Below, piece by piece: positions 1 through 8,823 of a stretch of DNA of 64,000 nucleotides. The notes below the pieces were generated by a model that saw nothing but the letters and a program-made list of their open reading frames with translations, did no database searches and was not told where the DNA came from. The stretch lies in the NCBI GenBank assembly GCA_963665615.2, contig CAXXQE010000001.1:513151-577150 (forward strand). Reading direction: 5' to 3'. Each line of letters begins with the position of its first letter. The first letter of the stretch is position 1. The stretch is from Syntrophales bacterium (GTDB taxonomy: Bacteria > Desulfobacterota > Syntrophia > Syntrophales > UBA4778). The translations under genes and the position numbers were made by a program.

Positions 1-1
1 G

Positions 2-1738
2 GTGAGACGGCGATTTCAAATAGATTCTCCAGAGGCGGTTGCCAATGTGCATCGCAAGGCGGGTCTGTGGTTTAGCCGAAACGGTTATGCAGAAGACGCC
101 CTGCGCCATGCTTTTGCAACCAACGATGTTGAATTTGCCGCTGACATGCTCGAAGATCGTTCCCTTCTTTTCCTGGATCTGTCAGCGCAAAGGTGGCTGA
201 ACCGGCTCCCCGAGGCAGTGCGGATGGAACGGCCCATCCTCGGGCTTTTTGTGTGCAATGATTATTTGCAGTCGATGCAGGTGTCTAAGGCGGAACAGAT
301 ACTCAACGATATAGAACGTCGCAAGGATCAGTTGTTTTCCCGTTATGGCGTCGCCAAGCAATCGTACTGCGAGGATTTGCTCGTGCTGGAGCAGTGCCTC
401 CTTGTCTATTACCGCAATCCTCTGACGGTCGATGTCCATCAACTTGAAAAAAAATATGATGCGCTCTGGCCTCGAAACCGGAACCTGGCAGCTTTGATCA
501 AAATCGCTATCGCAGCAAGCCATGTCTTTCAAGGGGAGCTGAGAAAGGCGTTTGATACGCTTCAGGGCCTTTCGGGCGCTTTTGACATGTCAGAATCCCC
601 TTATGGCGCGATCATTTGGTTCTCTTTACTCGCGTCTGTAGAAATTCAACGGGGACGCTTGTCACAGGCGGAGGCTCTTCTGGATGCTGCATCGGAAAGC
701 CTTGAACAGGAAGGTCTTTCATATTCGCCCCTTCGTTTTCTGACGGACCTGCCGAGGGCGTGGCTATGCTATTACAGGAATGATCTCAACAGGGCCTCAG
801 AACTGCTCGCCAACGTTCTATCCTGTATGCAGGCAGTCGATGTCCGTGCCCATGTTTTAGATGCCGGTTTTTTAAGCAGCCTCATCCATTTGGCCAACGG
901 TCGCTTTGAAGAGGCCGCTGGCGTTGTGAAAAAAATGAGGTTGACGGCGCCGCCGGAAAGTGAATGGCTTCGAGTGTTCGACGCCCTTTCCTTAGCTCTG
1001 TCCTTGATCGCGGGAGAGGGTGAAGGGAGGATGCAGTGGCTTGCGCAAAAGCAGTCATTGCGAGATGCATCCTTTTCGCTGTTGGGGTGCGTGGAGCGCA
1101 CAATTTATGCGGATATCTATCGTGTTCTTGGTCAGCCTGAGGAGGCGGCAGCGATGCTCGGCGTTCTCAGAGAACGCTGTGTCCAGGAACATATGCTGCT
1201 GCATATGCTAATAGTTGATATCAAGCTGGGGGCTATTTATTGGGCGCGCGGCGAACGCGAACGCGCAAAGGCTACGCTCGAAAAGGCCCTTGTTTTTGCA
1301 GACAAAGAAAATTGTCTGCAGCCTTTTCTTTCTGAGGTCTCTCTGATTGCTCCGGTGTTGCAGGAAATAGCGAATGACCCGCCTCTAGGCCTCTCGACGG
1401 CATTTCTTCAGGCCATTTTAGCGGCATGCGGCATTGCAGGGGATGGCGCCAGACAGATCAACATGAGGCAGGGCCGTCTGAACAGATTAACAGACCGTGA
1501 GCTCGAGATCCTGCGCTTCATGGTTCAGGGCTATAAGAACAGAGAGATTGCAGAGAAGGCCTTCGTTTCGCTCGATACGGTCAAGACACACCTGAAACAT
1601 ATTTATGGAAAACTCCGCGTGGAGACAAGGGTGCAGGCTATGTTACGGACTGAGGAGTTGAAGATATTCGGCCATCAGCAGGATCAAGTTAATGTGGCAT
1701 CATCGGGATTGGGCGATTCTTTGCCCTTGCTCCGGTGA
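2..1738 (+). CDS. LuxR/MalT-like (LAL) large transcriptional regulator, 5'-truncated by window edge
   Basis: MalT-like helical region (H..A..WF...G....A..HA) and C-terminal LuxR HTH (LTDRELEIL...GYKNREIA..FVSLDTVKTHLKHIYGKL). Confidence 0.9.
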   Translation: MRRRFQIDSPEAVANVHRKAGLWFSRNGYAEDALRHAFATNDVEFAADMLEDRSLLFLDLSAQRWLNRLPEAVRMERPILGLFVCNDYLQSMQVSKAEQILNDIERRKDQLFSRYGVAKQSYCEDLLVLEQCLLVYYRNPLTVDVHQLEKKYDALWPRNRNLAALIKIAIAASHVFQGELRKAFDTLQGLSGAFDMSESPYGAIIWFSLLASVEIQRGRLSQAEALLDAASESLEQEGLSYSPLRFLTDLPRAWLCYYRNDLNRASELLANVLSCMQAVDVRAHVLDAGFLSSLIHLANGRFEEAAGVVKKMRLTAPPESEWLRVFDALSLALSLIAGEGEGRMQWLAQKQSLRDASFSLLGCVERTIYADIYRVLGQPEEAAAMLGVLRERCVQEHMLLHMLIVDIKLGAIYWARGERERAKATLEKALVFADKENCLQPFLSEVSLIAPVLQEIANDPPLGLSTAFLQAILAACGIAGDGARQINMRQGRLNRLTDRELEILRFMVQGYKNREIAEKAFVSLDTVKTHLKHIYGKLRVETRVQAMLRTEELKIFGHQQDQVNVASSGLGDSLPLLR

Positions 1739-1769
1739 GTTTCGAAGATATCCTTTAGAGTGGCGAAAA

Positions 1770-1787
1770 ATCACCCGAAAGGGTGAT
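1770..1787. promoter_or_regulatory. Perfect palindrome ATCACCC-GAAA-GGGTGAT, candidate operator of the adjacent LuxR regulator
   Basis: 7-bp inverted repeat directly after the regulator and upstream of a TATACT -10-like hexamer (~1809-1814) and the 1997-8664 operon. Confidence 0.5.
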
Positions 1788-1996
1788 GTGAAACGGGTTT
1801 CAACAAATTATACTCGCTGCGCATGAATTTTAGAGGTACGATTTAAGTATGGAGTGCTTTCGTGGAGTTACTCCCAAGGGAGTTCCATCAGACATATTTA
1901 AACGCCCTATATGGGACGTGTATGATCCACAGGCTGTGAACGACCATCATCGTATAGAGACGGTTCACTTCGCGAAGGGGTGCTTGGGATAGAAAT

Positions 1997-3151
1997 ATGA
2001 TATCGAATAATGGCAAGTCCCGCAGTTTCTTCCGTTCTCCGCTTTTCCTGTTTCTGATTTTTCCCCTCCTGGTTTCCGCATTCATTCACCTTGGAATGCT
2101 CATTTATGCCAGTCTGACACCTTGGCATTACGGTTTTATCGCCAAGAAACAGGAGCCCAAGACGGTTCTCATCGACATTCAAAAGAAGGAACCGCCGAGC
2201 CCGGTCAGTCCTGAAAAACCTCAGCGCAAGGAACCGCCGAAGCCGCGCCAGCGGTTGCAGCCGCGACCTGTGCCCCGGCATGAGACCGGGGTTGAGGAGG
2301 GGAAAAAAGACGCGCTGCGAATCATGGCCGCCTCTGAGGGCGCCAACTGGCTCAAGGTGGATTCGCCGCGTGGATCGGCGGGAGGCAGTATGCTGCATGC
2401 CGGGCCTCAGGGGCCGACCCAGACCTTTGCCGAGTATATTGAAGCCCTGCGGTCCAGCGGTCTGGATGTCGTCATCGTCTTTGACTCGTCGGCAAGCATG
2501 AAACCGATGATGAGAGAGATCAAACAAAAGATCGGCAACTTGGCGCTGGCGCTTCGACGGCTTGTTCCTTCCTGTCGGATAGGGCTTGTAACGTATAGAG
2601 ATCGAGATGAAGATAGCGGCAGTTATACGACAAAAATTCAACCGTTGACCTACGGCGTCTCTACGTTACAGCGTTTTCTGAACGGCGTCGAAGCGGACGG
2701 AGGAGGAGATCTCCGGGAGGCAGTCGATGCAGGCCTGCAGGCAGCTGTCGAGCAGATGAACTGGAATCGCAAATCCAAGCCCTTTATCCTCTTGGTCGGC
2801 GATGCGCCGCCCCACAAACCGGATATTCCCCGTTGCATCGCTTTAGCCAAGAAGTTCCGGAAGCAGATGGGCGGTACGGTTTCGGCGCTCGATGTCCGGG
2901 AACCGTTGGACATAACGAGGGAGCAATGGGAAAAATTATATCGCGACTCAGCAGCCGATCCTGAACTCGAAACCTATCGTTACAGAACCGACCGCGAAAG
3001 CGTGGACGACACGTTCCAGAGCATGGCGGAGGCCGGAGGCGGTGAATCCGCCCGCTTAATCAATGAAGAGAAGCTGATCAAACACATGCTTCTTTACATT
3101 TTTGGCACCCAATGGGAAGCCTACCTGACGGAGATCATGAAGAACTTGTGA
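1997..3151 (+). CDS. Membrane-anchored vWA-domain protein with TonB/TolA-like N-terminus
   Basis: TM segment with SxxxH (VSAFIHLG), Pro/Lys-rich linker (KKEPPSPVSPEKPQRKEPPKP), MIDAS DSSAS, GGGD..EA, ILLVGDAPPH. Confidence 0.85.
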   Translation: MISNNGKSRSFFRSPLFLFLIFPLLVSAFIHLGMLIYASLTPWHYGFIAKKQEPKTVLIDIQKKEPPSPVSPEKPQRKEPPKPRQRLQPRPVPRHETGVEEGKKDALRIMAASEGANWLKVDSPRGSAGGSMLHAGPQGPTQTFAEYIEALRSSGLDVVIVFDSSASMKPMMREIKQKIGNLALALRRLVPSCRIGLVTYRDRDEDSGSYTTKIQPLTYGVSTLQRFLNGVEADGGGDLREAVDAGLQAAVEQMNWNRKSKPFILLVGDAPPHKPDIPRCIALAKKFRKQMGGTVSALDVREPLDITREQWEKLYRDSAADPELETYRYRTDRESVDDTFQSMAEAGGGESARLINEEKLIKHMLLYIFGTQWEAYLTEIMKNL

Positions 3152-3158
3152 GAGGATT

Positions 3159-4094
3159 ATGAAACGTCACCCTTTTTTATTCTTACCGGCCATGATGACT
3201 GTCTTTTGTGTCGCAGCGACACTACACGCTGCTGTGGCCTTCAAGGATATCAATATTTCTTCCGCTAATACGCCGGAGGAGCTGCGTTCTTTAGTCGATC
3301 AATTGAACGCGGGCTCCATCGAGGCGATGAAAGACAATACGTTTAATTTTGAGATTCAGAGCGTTGTTCTTAAAAAAGCAGAGGAGTGCATCGACAGGGG
3401 GGTCTTCCTTCACAGCAGGGCGTTCCAGGGGGCAGAAGAACAGGAAAGGGCTGCTTTTCTCGCGAACCGGGACGTCATTAAACGCATCCTGGATATCAAT
3501 AAAAAGGTTCTGGACGACTATCAGGAGAAGCTCGATGAGATGGAAAATCCACTGGCCTTTTTCAAGACGACTGCCTGGCAGCAACCGCAGTTGCTCGTAG
3601 CCACAGCGAGCTTCCGAATCGGCTGGAACAATTACTATGCTGCCCTTCTCTTTCCGGAAGACGATCCGACGGCCAGACAGTTGCTCAGTGAGGCGATTGA
3701 GAGCTTTTCCCGTTCCTTGGTGGATTCAAAAGAGGACAGCGTCATTATCACCAGTGTTTTTGGCAGGGGGCTCTGCGAGAAGCGACTGAAGTCATACAAG
3801 GATGCGCTCAAAGACTTCAAGTCGGTCAAAGAGGCCGTTAAAAAAGATGATCCACTGTACCTGAGGTGTCGTTATGAAGAGACGTCGATTGCCTCGCTGA
3901 CCGGGAATTTCAAGGAAGTCTTGGATCGTCTCGATGATATTGAAAAGAATTTCCCGGCGAACAAAATACCGGAGGAACTCAAAGCCGGACTGAAAGATCT
4001 TAGAGAATCGGCGCTCCGCGCGCTTTCAGAAAAAGCAGCCGTCAAGGACGAGCCTTTGCCTGCCGACAATCCTTCCAAGGAGGCGACGCCGTGA
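3159..4094 (+). CDS. Secreted TPR-like protein
   Basis: Signal peptide; TPR-like helices (FGRGLCEKRLKSYKDALKDF); RBS GAGGA. Confidence 0.65.
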   Translation: MKRHPFLFLPAMMTVFCVAATLHAAVAFKDINISSANTPEELRSLVDQLNAGSIEAMKDNTFNFEIQSVVLKKAEECIDRGVFLHSRAFQGAEEQERAAFLANRDVIKRILDINKKVLDDYQEKLDEMENPLAFFKTTAWQQPQLLVATASFRIGWNNYYAALLFPEDDPTARQLLSEAIESFSRSLVDSKEDSVIITSVFGRGLCEKRLKSYKDALKDFKSVKEAVKKDDPLYLRCRYEETSIASLTGNFKEVLDRLDDIEKNFPANKIPEELKAGLKDLRESALRALSEKAAVKDEPLPADNPSKEATP

Positions 4095-5059
4095 AGTGGG
4101 CGAAAACGATAGGGATGCTCATGACGTTGCTACTCTTTGCCTCAATCTGCGAGGCCGGAACGCATATGGAGAAGCAATATCATTTCGACGCGCAGGGCAA
4201 GAAAATACTGGATGCCGAATTTACTGTCGATTCAGACGGCAATTTAAATGGACCTTATAAATACTGGCACGAAGACGGTAAGATCGCCGTGGAAGGCACG
4301 TTTAAAAACAACCTGTTGCATGGGGTCAACAGAAAATGGTTCCGGAACGGCAACCAGGAGGCGGAATGCACTTACGACCTCGGCAAACTCGACGGCCCCT
4401 GTAAACAATACTATGAGAGCGGCGGGATCAAGGAAGAGGCGACATACATTCAAGACAAAATGAATGGCCTCTGGGCGCTCTATTTCCAAAACGGAAAACT
4501 GCAGGAGACAGTCACGTACCAGGCCGGCATCCGGGAGGGTAAAGCCGTTGTCTATTTTTACGGGACAGGGACTGTCAAAGAAGAGAATTATTACAGAAAC
4601 GATCGGTTGGAAGGAGAGAGAAAGATCTATTATTCCGATGGAAAGATCAAACAGACATTGACGTTTCTGAACGGAATCAAAGAAGGGGCATGCCTTTCCT
4701 ATTACCCCAACGGCGTGCTTGAAGCGGAAGAACCTTTCAAGGGCGGGCGCCTGAACGGCGCCGTGAAGAGATTCAACGACAATGGAATCCTCCAGGAAGC
4801 CGGTTCTTATAAAAACGGGAAGGCCGACGGTGTTGTCAAACTATACTATAGCAATGGTAAAATCCGAAGCGAGACGCCGTATGCCAGGGGATACAAAAAT
4901 GGTCTCAGAAAACAATATGCCGCTGAAGGTTATTTAGAGCTGGAAGAGACCTACCAGGATGACGACTTGAACGGGCCCAGAAGACGCTATGATCGGAAGG
5001 GGAAGATCGTCGAGACCAGAGAATATCGGGATGGTGAAGTTGTTTCGCAAGGAAAGTAA
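4091..5059 (+). CDS. Secreted MORN-variant repeat protein (YwqK-like)
   Basis: Signal peptide then ~11 repeats of type G.....YY.NG....E..Y..G; GTG start overlaps upstream stop. Confidence 0.9.
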   Translation: MKWAKTIGMLMTLLLFASICEAGTHMEKQYHFDAQGKKILDAEFTVDSDGNLNGPYKYWHEDGKIAVEGTFKNNLLHGVNRKWFRNGNQEAECTYDLGKLDGPCKQYYESGGIKEEATYIQDKMNGLWALYFQNGKLQETVTYQAGIREGKAVVYFYGTGTVKEENYYRNDRLEGERKIYYSDGKIKQTLTFLNGIKEGACLSYYPNGVLEAEEPFKGGRLNGAVKRFNDNGILQEAGSYKNGKADGVVKLYYSNGKIRSETPYARGYKNGLRKQYAAEGYLELEETYQDDDLNGPRRRYDRKGKIVETREYRDGEVVSQGK

Positions 5060-5093
5060 AAAGCCTGGTTTGTTCCTGCCTAGAGGAAAGACT

Positions 5094-7145
5094 ATGAAAC
5101 GCCGGCATCAAGCCTTTTTTCTGCTGGTTTTATGTCTGTTGATTTATGGCTGTGCTCACCTCGAAGGCCAGGCGCCGGTTACGAGCGGGGAAACCGAAAG
5201 TGACCGTGTGGCGCGGATAGCGCGGGATAACGAGATATACAGACCCTATGCAGAGCGCAACAGCCTGGAGGGCTATCGCGAATTTATCGCCAAATATCCC
5301 GACAATATCAATGTGGGAACGGCATGGTCGGTTATTCAGACTCTCGAATTAACGGATTGTTACGATGCCGAATGTCTGAAAGCCTTCATAGCCAGGTATC
5401 CTTCCATCCCATTAATCGATGAGGCAAAGGATCGCCTTAAGGCAATTGAGAGTAAAGATTTTGACAAGCAAATGGCGGCTGATTATGGCTTTGACCTTCC
5501 CTCCTATCGTCTCAACTTGAAAAGGCTCCGAAAAGAACTGATCGACATGGGCGCAATACGACTGACGCATTTTTCGGAAGCCTTCTCAATGATCACGCTT
5601 GAGGGAAAGAACTTTTTTTGTACGCACCTGACTTTCCCGATCGCTCCGATTCTGTCCGAGTCGTCCTCTCCCCGGAGCGTCGAGGAGCTCTTCGACTTCA
5701 TTGTCGCTCCTCAGCTTGATTATTTGATGGTTAAATTCAAGAAAAAGCGGAAGATCGACGGATTCAGTTTTAAAATCATCGGCATGAACTCGGTCATGTC
5801 AAATCTTGAGTTATTTTTTCTCACCGATCAGGTCGATCAATATCTCGCCGGCAGCCTGGCGCAGGAGGCACTGCTCAAGGCGTCTCTACGGATTCCGCCT
5901 CCGACGGCCGCGCCTGTACCGGATACTGACACCGTTCAAAAAGCAGACGTTTCCGGACAGGCTGCTGATGAAAAAAATCCAACACCGATCGCGCTTCCGT
6001 GGACGTCGAAGCAAGACGGCGCGGCCAAGAACGGTGAATTCGTACGCACCAGCGTTCCGGCTTTCAGCCTCAAATATCCGCGAGACTGGTATATTGCCGA
6101 GCTGGTTGAGAATCGGATTTTCAATGCCAATCCGCAGCGTACGCCCAGCATGCAACTCACTGTGCTGCGCATGGGAAATGGCATCAGTACGGAGGCTGGC
6201 CGCCTTGCCTTGGGGGATGGCGTGATGAAGGACTTGCAGCAGTACTTGATTCAGAAAGAGCTTACGAAAACCGTCCATATGCAATTTGCCAGGCTGGCAA
6301 AAAACGAGGTGGGGGATACGTTTTATGAATTCCTGATGACTTGGCGGCTTCGCGGAGGGGGCAACCGCAGTGATGCAATGATGGAAAGGTTTGTGTCGCT
6401 TTTGCCGGCCATTGCCACTTACGGAAAGGTCGTGTTTGTGAAAGATCATGCCATTGTCCTGACGGGCTCAACGATGGGGCCGGGACAACAGGAGCAACTC
6501 GATCAGCTCAAGCAAATATTCGGCACCCTCGCACTGGGACAGGAAAGCGGACCATCATTTACCGGAGCCACTTCAACGCCGAGTGTACCGCCGCCTCTGC
6601 CGAAGAAAAACAGCGCGCCTGCTCCCAATTGCGATATCAAAATTAATTTATCCCTTGTTTCCCAGGCTTCAACGGATTATAGGATGTCCGGTAGCGGCAG
6701 CCTAGCCCGAATCACGCCACCGCTTTTTGCCTTAGCTTATCCACCGGATTGGGGCGTGCAGCAGAAATCGGACAGCCTTTTGCTTTCAGCCAAAACGGCC
6801 TCTGCCCTTCCTTCGATTCAGGTGATGATATCGAGGATCTCGGGAGACGAAGACGCATACCTCGAATCGTTTGCCGAGAACTATCTGCAATGGCTGAAGC
6901 TCAAAGGAACACAGGTTCAACTTCTTTACAACACGCGTTCGGAGGCTTACGACAAGCATCGAGCCTTTGAGTTCGAAATAAGGTTCAAGCCGCAAGGTAA
7001 ACAGAATACGCCGCCCCGAACAGCCTATGGCAATGTGATTGCGAAAGACGGCTATGCGATCATTCTTGCCGGAGAGACGGACGGGGAAGTGGATTCTCTT
7101 AAGGAGCTATTCGAGACGATTGATTTGAAGCCGATTAAAAAGTGA
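5094..7145 (+). CDS. Multidomain lipoprotein with two related PsbP-like C-terminal modules
   Basis: RBS GAGGA, ATG 5094, lipobox IYGC; repeated FIA(K/R)YP helical motif; duplicated modules PAFSLKYPRDW...YGKVV and PLFALAYPPDW...YGNVI. Confidence 0.7.
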   Translation: MKRRHQAFFLLVLCLLIYGCAHLEGQAPVTSGETESDRVARIARDNEIYRPYAERNSLEGYREFIAKYPDNINVGTAWSVIQTLELTDCYDAECLKAFIARYPSIPLIDEAKDRLKAIESKDFDKQMAADYGFDLPSYRLNLKRLRKELIDMGAIRLTHFSEAFSMITLEGKNFFCTHLTFPIAPILSESSSPRSVEELFDFIVAPQLDYLMVKFKKKRKIDGFSFKIIGMNSVMSNLELFFLTDQVDQYLAGSLAQEALLKASLRIPPPTAAPVPDTDTVQKADVSGQAADEKNPTPIALPWTSKQDGAAKNGEFVRTSVPAFSLKYPRDWYIAELVENRIFNANPQRTPSMQLTVLRMGNGISTEAGRLALGDGVMKDLQQYLIQKELTKTVHMQFARLAKNEVGDTFYEFLMTWRLRGGGNRSDAMMERFVSLLPAIATYGKVVFVKDHAIVLTGSTMGPGQQEQLDQLKQIFGTLALGQESGPSFTGATSTPSVPPPLPKKNSAPAPNCDIKINLSLVSQASTDYRMSGSGSLARITPPLFALAYPPDWGVQQKSDSLLLSAKTASALPSIQVMISRISGDEDAYLESFAENYLQWLKLKGTQVQLLYNTRSEAYDKHRAFEFEIRFKPQGKQNTPPRTAYGNVIAKDGYAIILAGETDGEVDSLKELFETIDLKPIKK

Positions 7146-7180
7146 AGGGCGCTGGCGCTATATTTTTCTAAGGAGGTCAT

Positions 7181-7810
7181 ATGTTCGAGAACAAATCACT
7201 ACTGGATGTGTTGCAGATGGGCGGCTGGGTGATGTACGTGCTTCTGTCCTGCTCGGTTTTGTCTGTTTCCGTGTTTATCGGCAAGGAGATTGAGTTCTGG
7301 AAGAAGTCGAAACCGTCCAGGATCACTGTCATGAAGAACATTCGCTTTTTATTGGAACAACGGAAAATCGACAAGGCCGTTGATTATTGCCGTTCCTACC
7401 CGTACTGCGTGTTTTGCAGAATCATAGGCGCCGGCCTGGTCTTTTACGGAAAGAGCATTCGTGAGATAGAGGATGCCGTCAGTCGTGAGATTACCGTGGA
7501 GATCACGAAACTGGAAAAAAGGACCGTTATCGTCGGGACCATTGCCAATATTGCGGTTTATATCGGTCTTTTTGGTACGGTCCTTGGCATTGTCAACGCT
7601 TTTCACGGCATAGCGAATTCCGGCACGGCCGGTTTGAACAGCGTGATCGGGGGCGTGGCGGAAGCCCTGCTCAATACCGCGATGGGCTTGGCCGTTTCGA
7701 TTCCGGCAGTGATTTTCTTTAACTGGATCATGAAGCAGATAAAAACGCTGACCCATGAAATGGATGCCGCAGCCAGCGAATTGATGATCATTCTGGATGC
7801 TGAAAAGTAG
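7181..7810 (+). CDS. exbB: MotA/TolQ/ExbB proton channel family protein
   Basis: GGWVM, IGLFGTVLGI, GVAEALLNTAMGLAVSIPA; RBS AAGGAGG. Confidence 0.93.
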   Translation: MFENKSLLDVLQMGGWVMYVLLSCSVLSVSVFIGKEIEFWKKSKPSRITVMKNIRFLLEQRKIDKAVDYCRSYPYCVFCRIIGAGLVFYGKSIREIEDAVSREITVEITKLEKRTVIVGTIANIAVYIGLFGTVLGIVNAFHGIANSGTAGLNSVIGGVAEALLNTAMGLAVSIPAVIFFNWIMKQIKTLTHEMDAAASELMIILDAEK

Positions 7811-7831
7811 TCCCTTGCGGGAGTTTTTATT

Positions 7832-8266
7832 ATGACGCGACGTGAAAAACATGGAACGGATATTGTTGCCGAGATCAATATCACGCCTTTTACGGATGTT
7901 GTTTTGGTGCTTCTCATCATCTTCATGATTGCGACCCCTATTATCGTGGGGAGCGGGATTAAAGTTCAAGTCCCCAAGGCCCTGACCAGCAAGCCCGAGG
8001 AGGAGAAATTCCTGATCGTCAGTATCGATGCCAAGGAAGCCATTTATCTCAACGACAAGAAAATTACCGTAGATGATTTGACCAAGACGATCCAGGACAG
8101 CACCCGGAAGGGATTTAAAGTGATGCTCAAGATTAACGGCGACAAGAGCATCAAGTACCGGACCGTGATCGATGTGATCGGCGCGGCGCGCGATGCGGGC
8201 GTGGTGCGGTACCAGCTGGTAACGGAAAGAATGAAGTCCGGCGCTGCGCAGGAGGTTAAACGATAG
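7832..8266 (+). CDS. exbD: ExbD/TolR family protein
   Basis: EINITPFTDVVLVLLIIFMI with conserved Asp. Confidence 0.93.
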   Translation: MTRREKHGTDIVAEINITPFTDVVLVLLIIFMIATPIIVGSGIKVQVPKALTSKPEEEKFLIVSIDAKEAIYLNDKKITVDDLTKTIQDSTRKGFKVMLKINGDKSIKYRTVIDVIGAARDAGVVRYQLVTERMKSGAAQEVKR

Positions 8267-8268
8267 CC

Positions 8269-8664
8269 GTGAGAAGAATCAGCCACGAGGTCATTTCGGA
8301 TATCAATATCACGCCTTTTACGGATGTTGTTTTAGTGTTGCTCATCATTTTTTTGATTGCCACCCCGCTGCTCATGATGGAAGGACTGAAGATCGACTTG
8401 CCTTCCCAGAACAAACAAGCCGTGACGGCCGCAAAGAAACCCACCTTCATCACTGTATCCATTACGGCGAACGGCAGTATTACGGTAAACGACAAGCCAT
8501 GCCAGCTCAGTGAACTCACCCCGCTGCTCCAGCAGATGATCAAGAGTGACCCGGAGAGTGTTTTGACGATCGGGGCAGATGAAGAGACGCTCTACGAGAG
8601 AGTCGTAAAAGTCATCGATAGCGCCCGCGCTGCCGGAGTCGAGAAATACGTGCTGGTGAAATAG
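8269..8664 (+). CDS. exbD: Second ExbD/TolR family protein
   Basis: DINITPFTDVVLVLLIIFLI; GAD...YERVVKVID. Confidence 0.92.
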   Translation: MRRISHEVISDINITPFTDVVLVLLIIFLIATPLLMMEGLKIDLPSQNKQAVTAAKKPTFITVSITANGSITVNDKPCQLSELTPLLQQMIKSDPESVLTIGADEETLYERVVKVIDSARAAGVEKYVLVK

Positions 8665-8823
8665 AAATTTCAATCGGCAACGCGCCCATTCCCCATTAGC
8701 CGTGATGGCCGGAGCTTCCCTTGTCAAACGCAAAGACCTGACGACCGGTCTATGATCTTGCTATGATAGTGGTTTTGTTGGTCCGATACGAGGACCAACG
8801 GAAGAACTTTCAAGGATGCTCAT

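Noticed and set aside
1850..1990. Riboswitch in the leader of the vWA operon
   Set aside because: Only short hairpins are present; I could not recognise any known aptamer consensus.
4091..5059. YwqK-type antitoxin of a polymorphic toxin system
   Set aside because: It has a signal peptide and no neighbouring toxin; it is more simply a generic MORN-variant scaffold in the ExbBD operon.
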